From positions 4,154,001-4,218,000 of the forward strand of contig CP158635.1 of assembly GCA_050273025.1 (NCBI GenBank): 64,000 nucleotides of DNA, in the 5' to 3' direction. This document shows positions 38,709 to 49,600 of the stretch, in pieces. Position 1 is the first letter of the stretch. Every line of letters starts with the position of its first letter. The position numbers were made by a program, and so were the translations under genes. The notes beneath the pieces were generated by a model. It ran no database searches. It worked only from the letters and a program-made list of their open reading frames with translations, and was not told the DNA's origin. Origin of the DNA: Cenococcum geophilum (Eukaryota).

Positions 38709-40505
38709 CTATAATTCCCCATCGTAATCATCATCGTCATCATCATCGTCATTCCACGGCGGCGACGGTGGTATACTGTAATCGTCCAAGCTTTCCGGCA
38801 CCATCTGACTTGCTGTCACTATTCCTGCTCCTGTTCTTTTTGAAGATGGTGACTCGGCACTTGTAATTCCTCTCAAGATATTCGGCGAAGATAAAAACGA
38901 AGGTAGAGATGAGGGTATAGTCAGAGGTGGGGGTCTAGATGGAGATACGGGCAGTTGGAGGGCGGAGTGATGGGCGTTGTGAGGCGAGGGCTGCGTAGAG
39001 TCTACGGTTGTCGCTTGAGATAGATGCGAAGATTGTGTTGGAATGGAGTTAGAGTCCTGGATTCGCTGGCCACTTTGCTCAAGGTGAGATATTCGAAAGT
39101 TAGGAGGTTGGCGGGTGTTTTGGCGTTGAGTGTAAGATTCAAGCTCGGTTTGTAGTTGGGCTGCTGCCTCTTCGGTTCCTGTCCCTATACTGTCTTGACT
39201 TTCTTCGGATTGTGATGCGTGCATAATAGCTTGAAATGATTTGAACTGGATGTAAGTCGGTTGGCCTGTTTCTCGTAGCTTGGATTGCCACTGTTCGTTT
39301 TTCTGCTGGAACTGATGCGAGATCAGGGCCTCAGATGGTCTCAAATCATTCTCAGTAATACGTCCCCCATCTTCGACATTTTCGTTTAGACCATCCATAG
39401 GATCGGTATTAGTACGGGCAGGGTCGATCTGATTGGTGGCCACATGTGCTTCATCTCCAATGGCATGGTTGTTGGTATCGGTGTCTTCGTCATCACTTCC
39501 TAATTCCTCCTCTTCGTCCGAGTCTTGAATAGTGCTTTTAAAAATTCGATGGAGCGGTGTTGGTGAAAAACCTGTTCGTTCTCCCTTGACTACTTTAATT
39601 GTTTGTAGAACCAACTTTCTTATAGCCGGGTTGCTAGTAGCAGCGATGCGGCCTTTCGAAGGCGAATCTAACAGGCCTTGGGGATTTGGGGATCTTTCTT
39701 CAAGCGGATATCGACTATGGCGTTCGGTAGATTTCTGGGTTGATAGTGGAGATTCTGGAGGAGATTGAGAAGATGGAATCTCTAGCAAACGTCGTCTAGG
39801 GGGGGTTTTTGGATTTTCTGTTTTTACTTTGGTAGAGCGACGTAACGAAGCTACATGATTTGAAAGATGGTGCGCTTGAGTCTCCTGGTTTGTAATCCAC
39901 TCGTGCAAATGCTCAAGTGTTCCCGGGTGCTGATGCACTGGAGATTTTGGAGGGCTTCTCTCATGAGATGGCTTGTGAATGCCATGCCCTGCAAGACGTT
40001 GTTCAATAGCAAGTGTGTATCCATTATCATCATTGTCATCTTCGTCCTCATCATCGGAAGCCATTAGTGTAGGCATAAGTCCATGCGTCATCTGCGTGAG
40101 AGTCTGTTGCCACTTCTCCTCCGTTTTCATATTTCCCCGTCTCCTCTTCAGTGCAAGAATCTTCCGATTATCTTCGTAGCCAGGCGTTGGCCAAACTCCA
40201 TGTATCATTTGGGTGAGAGTCTGCTGTCGCTTTTCATCTGAGGACCCCGGCTCATCCGACTCAACCTCTGATTCAAAGTCTCCTACCTCTTCATGCTCTC
40301 CTCTCTTTCTTTTCGATGAAGATAATGTGGCCACATACCCAGCCTGTGTCATGGTCTGCTGTCTCTCCACGGAGGTGGGGGTAGACTGAGGCATCGTCTT
40401 CTTGGTTTTGCGTCGCATTGGAAAATATGTCTGTCCTAGGCGTGGTTCTGAGTAGTGAACGATTTCTGGCTTCCTCTGGGATCGTGGTTTGCTGCGGGGA
40501 GGCAT
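38709..40505 (-). CDS. Hypothetical 598-aa low-complexity, likely disordered protein with three QQT[LM]TQ motifs
   Basis: Single long ORF in non-RIPed DNA, with basic NLS-like clusters (KRKR, KRRR), acidic tracts and an S/P/Q-rich C-terminus. No catalytic domain recognised. Confidence 0.85.
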   Translation of the reverse strand: MPPRSKPRSQRKPEIVHYSEPRLGQTYFPMRRKTKKTMPQSTPTSVERQQTMTQAGYVATLSSSKRKRGEHEEVGDFESEVESDEPGSSDEKRQQTLTQMIHGVWPTPGYEDNRKILALKRRRGNMKTEEKWQQTLTQMTHGLMPTLMASDDEDEDDNDDNGYTLAIEQRLAGHGIHKPSHERSPPKSPVHQHPGTLEHLHEWITNQETQAHHLSNHVASLRRSTKVKTENPKTPPRRRLLEIPSSQSPPESPLSTQKSTERHSRYPLEERSPNPQGLLDSPSKGRIAATSNPAIRKLVLQTIKVVKGERTGFSPTPLHRIFKSTIQDSDEEEELGSDDEDTDTNNHAIGDEAHVATNQIDPARTNTDPMDGLNENVEDGGRITENDLRPSEALISHQFQQKNEQWQSKLRETGQPTYIQFKSFQAIMHASQSEESQDSIGTGTEEAAAQLQTELESYTQRQNTRQPPNFRISHLEQSGQRIQDSNSIPTQSSHLSQATTVDSTQPSPHNAHHSALQLPVSPSRPPPLTIPSSLPSFLSSPNILRGITSAESPSSKRTGAGIVTASQMVPESLDDYSIPPSPPWNDDDDDDDDYDGEL

Positions 40506-40630
40506 GGATAGAGTTATGGGAGCTGCGTAGGATTCCTGACGCGCCTGACGAAGGATGACGCGCTGCTGTACCCATGAAGCGAAACCCTATCCCGGCCCGG
40601 ACCTTCTACCAAAGTTTTAGGCCACCACTA

Positions 40631-40773
40631 CAAGGGGGTAACACGAACGGGGCAGACGCCCTCCCTGCTAGTATGCTAGCAGAATAATAAAGCCCAACCA
40701 TTTTGCAAGTGCTCGCTTATTTTAAAAACACACTAGCAGGGAGGCCGTCTGTCCCGTTCGTGGTACCCCCTTG
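40631..40773. mobile_element. MITE (143 bp), Tc1/mariner-type
   Basis: TIRs of about 42 bp (caagggggtaacacgaacggggcagacgccctccctgctagt / actagcagggaggccgtctgtcccgttcgtggtacccccttg) with TA on both sides. Confidence 0.85.
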
Positions 40774-42087
40774 TAGTTACACACCCCCTAATTACTACGC
40801 CTAACCCCCCAATTTGATACGCGTACATCCCCCCTAAATAGGCTTAAATCCTTCCTCTTCACGTTAGAACGTCACGTGTGTTTGACTTGTATGCATCTGC
40901 ATCGCGAAAACCAAACCTTCGGCTGGTAAGGTCCTACGATAGTTAGTCCGTGCGCAGAACACCATAACACCAGAACCAAAAGTACGCGTATATCTATTAT
41001 ATACCGTTTATAAGGCCTTGGCGGTTTTCTATTAGTGGCTTTCTTTAGCTAAGGAATACTAGTCACCTAACTCCCTTACGTGCTACCCTATTAAATTTAT
41101 TCCTATCCCTTGACCCGTTAGGGCGAGCAGAGGGGAAGGCCCGTGCGCGAACACCAGAATCAGAACAACGCGTAGAATTCAACCATCAAATACACCACCA
41201 CCATGCCTTCTAATCACGCTAGACTTAATGCAGATCTTGTTCGGAAGACTCAATGTAAGATTCCCCCAAATAAAACGGCGAAAAACCCCCCCCCCGAAGC
41301 CTTAGCCACTCTCCGAATTTTGTATTCCTAAGCACGGCTACCGAATCCCACTGATTTGATTGGTGGGCTCTTATCGATAACCTGCGTGCCCAAGTTAACG
41401 GGTTAAGGGATACCTACTGCTTTCTACCTTCTACCCTAGTTACTATTCCCTATATACGCCCTAAATGCCTTCCAATTATATGCCTTCCGATTATATATTT
41501 TATACTATTTATAGGCAGTATTACTCTTCTACTAAGTTTATAATAAACTGCCTTAGAGCCCTATATAAGACCTATAAACCTTATAGGGTTAACTTCCTCC
41601 TTTATTTATTCTTTTAAATTACTACTTTTCTAACCCTATATATAGGAGGGAAAAAAAATTAATAGTCCTAACGACCTTTAGCGGACCTCCTATAGGCTAT
41701 AACCTAAACTATAACTACCGCTACTTCTGCCGCTGCCACTACTACTTCTACCGCTACTACTACTACTTCCGCCGCTACTATCACTGCTTCTATTACTGCC
41801 GCCGCTACTTCCGCTGCTACTTTTACTACTACTTCTCCCTCTACTCCCCGCCTCCTTATACCGCCTATATTAATCTAGCCGTAACTTACTACTATCTGCC
41901 CTATTATAGACTAGTTAAGAATTAGGCCTTTAAGTATAGCCACTATTACTACCGTCCACCCTATTACGGATTAGTTAGATATTAGGCCTATAAATATAGC
42001 CTATAATTACTATAAAGCTTTATACTGAATAGATAAACGGGTTAGTTTTACGCGGGCTAAAGACCCTTACTTTAAGACCTACTATAA

Positions 42088-42420
42088 TGTTACGGGACGG
42101 GGGTAGTAGCTATAGAGCGTATGTATTTAAGGAGTCTACAAGATATTACGCAATTAATCGTAAGGGTTAAGGGCATAAGGAGGTAATATACCTACGCGTA
42201 GCTAATATAAGCTGTACGCGAGGTGTATATAAGAGCACGGGGTTCTCCTATAGAGGCCCCTACGATAGGGTTCCATAACATTACCCCCCCTCCTATAGAG
42301 GCGGAGCTCCGGCAATGCTGTGGTTACTATATATATATAAAAGGGATACTTAAGGTATAGAAAAGAAGAAAGGGGGGTATTGCTAAAGGCTTAAAATAAT
42401 ATTATATAATAAAGCTTGGC
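42088..42420 (-). mobile_element. 3' LTR (42088-42280) plus PPT and a short internal remnant of another LTR element
   Basis: tgttacggg...ccataaca, followed by ttaccccccctcc (PPT on the minus strand). Confidence 0.65.
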
Positions 42421-42422
42421 AT

Positions 42423-42752
42423 TATTACGGACCTTATATCGGCAGTAGTACGACTACTGAGAGAGGACATGAACGGGTTGGTTGAGACAGCACGGGAGGC
42501 GCTGGAACCGATCGAGCCTTATCTCATAAATCAGACCCCCGGGGAGAAATTGCGCTACGACGTGGAAGGACTAGCGCTACGCTTGTGGACCTTACCCTAG
42601 TCCTGTGGACTCCTGGACCAATTAGATCGCACCGAGAGGAATTTCTCCCCAAGGGTCTGAGAGCTTATAGGCGCCCTTTGTATAAGAACCCAATGTTTTT
42701 TGTTAGGCGATTACTCTTCCACCACAACACGTATCTTAACCCCTTTATAACG
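42423..42752. mobile_element. Possible solo LTR, weakly RIPed
   Basis: Ends tattacgg...ttataacg resemble TGTTAC..GTAACA. GC-richer than its flanks. No matching TSD found. Confidence 0.4.
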
Positions 42753-42959
42753 TCTAGTTATTATAAAAATACTATAAGATAAAAGCTCTTTAATTTCTCT
42801 ATCTATTACATTAAATAATAACGTCGTAGCTATATTATAGTTGGTTGCGTTAGTTGCATTTTGTTAGTCGCATTTTCTTATCGGTTGCATTTTCTTGTTG
42901 TATTTTCTTATCGGTCGCATTTTCTTGTCGCAATTTTGCCTTACTGCTATACCTTACAT

Positions 42960-43270
42960 ACTTCTCTATGTTTAATTATCTCTAAAATAATACGAGCTAA
43001 AAGCTCCTTTTCTTCTCTATCGCCTCTATATTATGGCAATATTATAGCTCTATTCTACAAGAAGTTAGATATAGGTAGTTGGTCAGTTTTAGTCTAGTTT
43101 TATTATAATTTTGCCTCACTGCCAAAACTTATATACTTCTCTAGGTCTAATTATCTCTAAAATACTACAAGGTAAAAGCTCTTTATCTTCTCTATCGTCT
43201 CTATATTATAGCAATATCATAGCTCTATTTTACAAGAAGTTAGACATAGGTAGTTAGTTGGTTTTAGTTA
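42960..43270. repeat. Direct duplication of a ~135-bp unit (42960-43095, 43136-43270), with a diverged third copy near 42752-42850
   Basis: Shared aattatctctaaaata...aaaagctc...tacaagaagttaga.ataggtagtt. Confidence 0.75.
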
Positions 43271-43509
43271 AAATCTACAAAACATTCAAATTTAAAGTCT
43301 AACTTATATTCTGCGACGATGTATCTCGCCCCCTAGTATTCTTAGTAAGGGGTTATAATTTATAAATATATAGATATAATTACCTAAAGAATCTATTGCA
43401 TCAATAAAATATATAATAACTCTTATGGTAAGGACGTCGCTCATAAAAATACGCAAGATTTAATTTTTAAAACATTCAAATCTCACTAAAGCGACGCCCA
43501 TAAGCTCTC

Positions 43510-43650
43510 AGACGCTCCGCAGAGGATTTTGTTAGGTGACAGGGGTGCGCAGGGGGCTGGAATTAGTGCGCTATTCTAATTGGTCCAGAAGTTAGCAGGA
43601 GGGTCTATGCGCTATCCCTTGTCACGGAACAAATCTTTTGCGGAGCGTCT
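43510..43650. mobile_element. MITE-like element (~140 bp)
   Basis: Imperfect inverted repeats of about 36 bp (agacgctccgcagaggattttgttaggtgacagggg / cccttgtcacggaacaaatcttttgcggagcgtct). TSD unclear. Confidence 0.7.
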
Positions 43651-43659
43651 AATTCATGA

Positions 43660-43980
43660 GATAAATCGAGCCATGGGACGAGGGGTAGCCGAGTCACGTG
43701 GCCAGTCACGTTACAAGTTCGGAACGTGGAAACGTGGGAACATAGAAACGCGACGTACCGACGTACTAAACTCTTTACTATAGAGAGGAGTTATGTATTT
43801 AAAGACACACGGTCTCTACAGATAGTTTCCCTTCTTCGTAGTGAATCTCAGAATACAATTGGAGTTAATCTGTTGGGCAACCACTCCACCAGTTGTTACT
43901 GCGTTGTTGACTTCTTGTTTACCTACATACCCAGCCCATTAACAAGTCCACCGTAGTTCCTGCTACAAGGCTTCGTTACA
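43660..43980 (+). mobile_element. 5'-incomplete LTR related to family A, almost free of RIP
   Basis: Its 3' ~200 bp align with 50460-50661 but keep CA/TG dinucleotides. Ends ...cttcgttaca. Confidence 0.8.
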
Positions 43981-44149
43981 GGCATCTAAAAATCCAACTA
44001 ATTAAATAACTTTAACAGCCGGTTAAAGTTCCTGGATATCTTAATGATATTCCAGTTACGTAATTGCACTTTACCGCAATCTAACGGTAATTTAACGGCA
44101 ATTGCCCTTACGTGGTAATATATAATGGTTTAACTCTATAAGGGCTCCT

Positions 44150-46643
44150 ATAGAGAATTAGGTATAAAATCTCTGCTTAAGCCTAGTTTCTATAGGTTCG
44201 CGTAGTAAAAGTCGCTAATTAAATCCTTTGTATTTTTAAAGTCTTCCTATAGTTACTATTTTGGCTAATTTATATCAAATCCTATATATATAGCTCTATA
44301 GTAGAGCCGTTGTCCCCTACCTTTACTAAAGTATTTAGAGTTAATAATTTATTCTATAGTCCACTCCTTATAGTTCTCGTCTTCGTTCTTATCTTAGATT
44401 AGTACTAGTAGGGGTTTAGGCTATATCTACCCTAGTAAGGGGTTAGGCTAATAGAGGTATAGTAGTTATAGGTAAAATATAGGCTATATCTCGCGGGTGG
44501 TTAGGGTAAGTAGGAGTTCTAGCTTATATATAGCTCCCCTATTAATAACTCGTTTAATTAGATAGGGGCTAAGGTTCTTATAATTAAGTGACTTTATAGG
44601 CCTTTATATAAAGATATTATATATATCTAGCTATACCTAGTTACCAATACGTATCTTTAGTGGTGGCGTTCTATAATAGTTAGCGAAGTAAGCCTACTTT
44701 GCTTAAGCTTAGGCCATTTCTCCCTTATAGTAGTTAAGTAGAATTTTTATATAGTCTATATACTAGTTAGCAAGTAGCATCTTAAGGCGTTTTCTATATA
44801 GTAGTTTTTTATTAATAGGTTCTGGTAGCTCTATACTAGATTAGGGGTAATAACCTTTATTTACAAAGAATGGGGTAAGTCCTATAGTAGTTAAGACGTA
44901 GTTATTCGCTGTAAATTTACCTAGTAGGAGGTAATCTACTTAGTTATCTTAACTATAGGCGACTACTTATTATAGGTACGCTTTTATACTAGTATTAGCG
45001 TTTTTTAGTTACTTAGCAGTTTTATAATAGAAGGATATAAATATCTTAACGGAGATGCTAAGGTATTAGTAGATTCGTCTCTATATATCGGAGTTAAATT
45101 ATATACCTTAGTTGGATGTAATTAAGTTAGGTAACCTATATAATTAATAAACTTTATAAAGGAAGGTGTTAGTAACGTTACTAATAGCTACGCCTTCGGT
45201 TAGGACGTAGTAGCGCTCTTTTATAAGTTGATATATTATTATAAGGATGTTTTTATAGGTACGGCCGTATTATTTATAGGGTGATAAGTTAATAATAAAA
45301 TCTATAGCGATATCTGCCTATTGTTATATAGGTACTAGTAGAGGGTGCAGTAGTCCTTAGTACTTTATATTAAAGGCCTTAGCGCCCTTTAACTATAGTA
45401 AGTGCCTATAAAGCGTATAACTAAGTCTATTATTTTTAGCTAAAAGTAGTATTGGCTAAGGAGCTTATAGGTTCCTCCTTTGCCTAGGTAGCCGCTTAAT
45501 CGGAGGTTATAGGCTATTTAGATTAGTTGCCGTTATAGATTTTCTAAGTTAGGGATAAATAGGCGGCCTCTATAATAAAGCCTATTCTCTTTTACTTTTA
45601 AGGCTGCTATATTAATCTAGCCTAAGCTTTAGAGGTTAATAGGCAGCGTATAGGCGCCGGCAGTCTTTGCGGTAATAAGTTAATATAGTAATAGGTTAAT
45701 AGAGGTGTTATATGCCGTAGTAATAAGCTTATTAATTTTAGGAGGTAACTCTAGTTCTATAGTATAAAGCTAAGGTATAGTTAGCTCTATTATAGGTAGT
45801 ATACCTAGGGCTAAATTTCGTGCTTTTAGGATTGTTTATTGTTAGAACTAATTATAGGGGTTATTTTAGACTAAGGAAGGTCTTACGAGCGGCGTATTAG
45901 GCTATTAGGCTTAGTACCTTATACTCCTAGTCTATATATAATTTTAAAGTTAAAACTAAAGAGGAACTTGTTCTAATATACCTAGCGTTAGTTTAGCTGC
46001 TTTATAGTTATAAAGTACTTAAGGTTATAATAGTTCGTAAGGACTTTAGTTAGCTAGTTAGGCTCTACTAAGGAAAGTTTTAGTTAGAATTCTTTAAACG
46101 CTTATATAATTGTAAGGAGTTCTTTATTATAAATCTTATAGTTATACTCTTATAGTATAAGCTTAGATAAGTAGAATATAACTAGGTAAAGGAGACTGTT
46201 ATTACCTATTTAGGAAAGGATGCCTATGTTAACGTGGTTTAAGGAGTTAGTTTTAAGATAGAGTTCTTGTCTTAGTGTAAAGTGAGCTAGAATAAGTACT
46301 TTAGTAAAGGCATTTTTAAGGTCTTAAAACGCCATCTTATATTTAGGCGCCTAGGTAAAGTATAGGTGCGTTTTTCTTTCTTTTATAGAAAGGCCCTTTG
46401 TTTATATTATTACTATAAGTAGTGCTACTACGCCTAAGAAGCTGTATATAAATTTCTAATAAAAGTTAGCAAAACCAAGGAAGGTTTATACGTCCTTAAT
46501 ACAGTTAAGGGCTTACTATTTAGTAATTATATATACTTTCTTAGGGTCTATACGGACACCCTTAGTAGTAATAATTAGTCTAAGGTATTTTACTTCTGTG
46601 ACTAAGAATTTACATTTCTTTAAATTAATATAAAGTCCTATAT
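44150..46643 (-). mobile_element. Gypsy family C pol remnant (RT end, RNase H, integrase, chromodomain)
   Basis: De-RIPed FLGFANF (~46470), YDKELL (~46120), W.DIA.DF (~45300) and chromodomain EWTVE.IVDSK (~44340-44370). Cut at 46644 by family D. Confidence 0.85.
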
Positions 46644-49600
46644 TGTTACGGGACACCCCTATAACACCTTGCATACATCTACCTATTTCCACCAACTTAG
46701 CAATTAGAGACTAACCGTAAAATGGCAATCTAACGGCAATCTAATAGCAATCTAACGGCAATCTATGGAATTCTGCTATATTCTGCTAAGTTCTGCTAGG
46801 ACTATAACCTAAACCCTATTCTACCTATATACGTATTAACTAAGTAACTAAGTTAACGATATATACCCTTTCTTCCTGTTTTCCTACCTTCTTTCCTTAT
46901 ATAACGTCTTGACTTCTTACACAGTTTATGTATATAGCTTAATAATATCTACCTTACTATATATTATCGCCGCTTATACTCACTCCGTAACACTATATTA
47001 CGTTAACTTTATATACTACCTCCGAAATATAAAACGACCCTAAAGCCTCTATAACGGCCGTTAGTATTATATCTACACTCTAAGAATAACTAGTAGAAAT
47101 ATAGAAGTCTTTTATAAACGCCCTTATATAAAACTAAGACACTTTAAATTAATAATAAGCTAAATAAGAAGTACAATACTAGCGACTAATTAAGGACCTC
47201 TAAGAAGAAATCCGCACACTTAAGACGCCTATATTAGGGCCTTAAGACCGAACACTATCTCTAGAGATAAATACGCGGAACGCGAGCCCTAAATCTATAG
47301 CAGCTATCTACCTTAAATAAACTACTATATTAAAACGATCCGAACGACTACTAGATCCCCTAGTATTTACTAGTAAATAATAAGAACTCTAATTATTCCT
47401 AAGCTAGCTTAAAAATAAGCTAACTAGTAACGCTAACTGTTACCTAACTAAAGCTAACCGACTCTATTACGCCCTAAGTTAACTAAAAAAAAAGGCAGCT
47501 AACCTTATTAAACCTCTTTAGCCAACCTTAGTATAAAGCCTAGTTATACTTCTTAAAGCCTTATATAGTAACCTAAACCGCCAAGCTACTACCTAGAGAA
47601 AGATAAACTATATAGCTTAAGGAACGAAAAGTTTCCTAGTATACTTCTTTAAATTTAACTATTACGTAAGGGAAATAGGCTAAAATAACTCCGCACTAAT
47701 TAACAGCCTTATTAAATCTCTAAGCCCTAAACTAAAAACCTCCCTAATAGGCGTAGACCTACCGGGAGCCCTTAACGCCTGCGCAAACGTCGTTAATAAA
47801 CGGTATAATAATATACTACGCCTAATACCGAAATACGCTTCTCGATATAATATAACAGCCTTATAAATATCTACTAAGTCGTCTTAGCCTAAGCACCCTA
47901 ACGCTATGGATATTAACACTGGAACCCTAGAGTACGCCCTATTAGGGTCCCCTAAATAAGAAAGACGTATTAAGCTAGGCCTTTACTTTAAGTGCGGAAG
48001 TAAGGACTATATCTTAAAATATTATCTTATCCCCTTACCTACGCCCCAAAACGATTTATAAACGGCCAATACTAGTAACCGTTTACTACATTAATCTTCC
48101 GGTTACCGCCCCTAATCTTTACCTAGTTCCAGCCCCATATTTAGTAAGCACTACTTATAAGGGCAAAGCTACAACCAACGTTCTATAGGAACCCCTTCCC
48201 GCTTACTACTAAAAGGCACGTCTTAGAGTTAAGTCGCTCTCCAGGACGGCTCTACCTTAGGGTTTTATTAAATGCTTTAGATGTTATAAACTCTAACTCT
48301 TAGGATTATAGCATAACCGTTAACTATTATCTTTAGTAGAATAATTAATAGGCTAATACTTAAGTCCTAATTAATATAGGAGCTAGTGGTATAGGATTTA
48401 TTAATAAGATCTTTGCGTAAGATAATGGTTTTACTTTAACCCCCCTTAACTAGTATATTGACGTATTTAGATTTAATGGCAAATATACGGTTTTAGGCTA
48501 AATTACCTATATAGTATACCTAAGACTCTAATACCTAAACCACAAAGAACTAATTAAGCTTTTTATTACTACCTTAGGTTACCTAGTGATCCTTAAATAA
48601 CCCTAGATAAAGCTATATAAGGTAACTATTAATTAAGACAACCTTAAACTTTTATTTACCGCCTCCCATTGTAAGTAGAAGTGCCTTATAATATACCATT
48701 CTAACCCTAAACTAAAATCTAGGAAATCTACTAAAATCTATTAGCCTAAGATTTCCACCAATATCTACCCCACGCCTAAAGAATTTACTAGATTTTACTA
48801 ACCTAGGAATTCCACCAAATTCTACCGATGTAAGATTTCTACCAATATCTATTAAGGATCTAAAAATTCTACTAAACCCTATAAATAGACTTTAAGTACT
48901 ATACCGCCCTAAGCTAAGCAGAAGCTTAAGCTTAATATACGAAAATACTAGAAGGACTAGTATTCTACTATAAAAAGGATTTTTAAAGAACCTAAACCTA
49001 AATCTAATACTAACTCCGTATCTAATACCGAACCTAAACCTAAGTAAGAAACTATAAGCAATCCAAGCAAGCTTAGCACCCTAGATATTCGCATAATTAG
49101 AGCTACCCTGTTAGCGTAACTTGCTAAGAAACCCAAGCATACGATCTTCGCTATTACGATAGCCGATATTAAGAAGGCCTTAGTACTAAAGAAGCACACC
49201 GACCCTGCCACGAAGGTACTAATAGAGTATTATTATCGCCTAGATGCGTTCTTATAAAAGGAAGCTAATAAGCTACTAGAATACTAACTATATAACTATA
49301 AGATTATACTTATAGAAGGAAGGTAGCCTAGATTTAGACCCTTATATAGAATGTCTTAAAATAAACTCTAAGTGCTATAAAAGTATTTAGACGAGAACCT
49401 AAGCAAAGGATTTATTAGAGTAAGCTCGTTACCTATAGCCGTACTAGTGATCTTCGTTAAGAAACCTAGCGGCGGTTTGCGCTTCTATGTAGACTACTAA
49501 GCTCTTAACGCTATTACCGTTAAGAACCGATATCTAATCCCGTTAATATAAGAGACGCTAAACTAACTAAGTAAGGCTCGTTACTACATAAAGCTCGATA

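Noticed and set aside
39532..40575. Five short ORFs overlapping the 598-aa gene
   Set aside because: Alternative-frame or antisense shadows of the long ORF.
41430..42087. RIPed stretch with gctacttccgcc-type repeats and a ~60-bp tandem duplication
   Set aside because: Probably a TE remnant, but I could not identify a protein motif or element ends.
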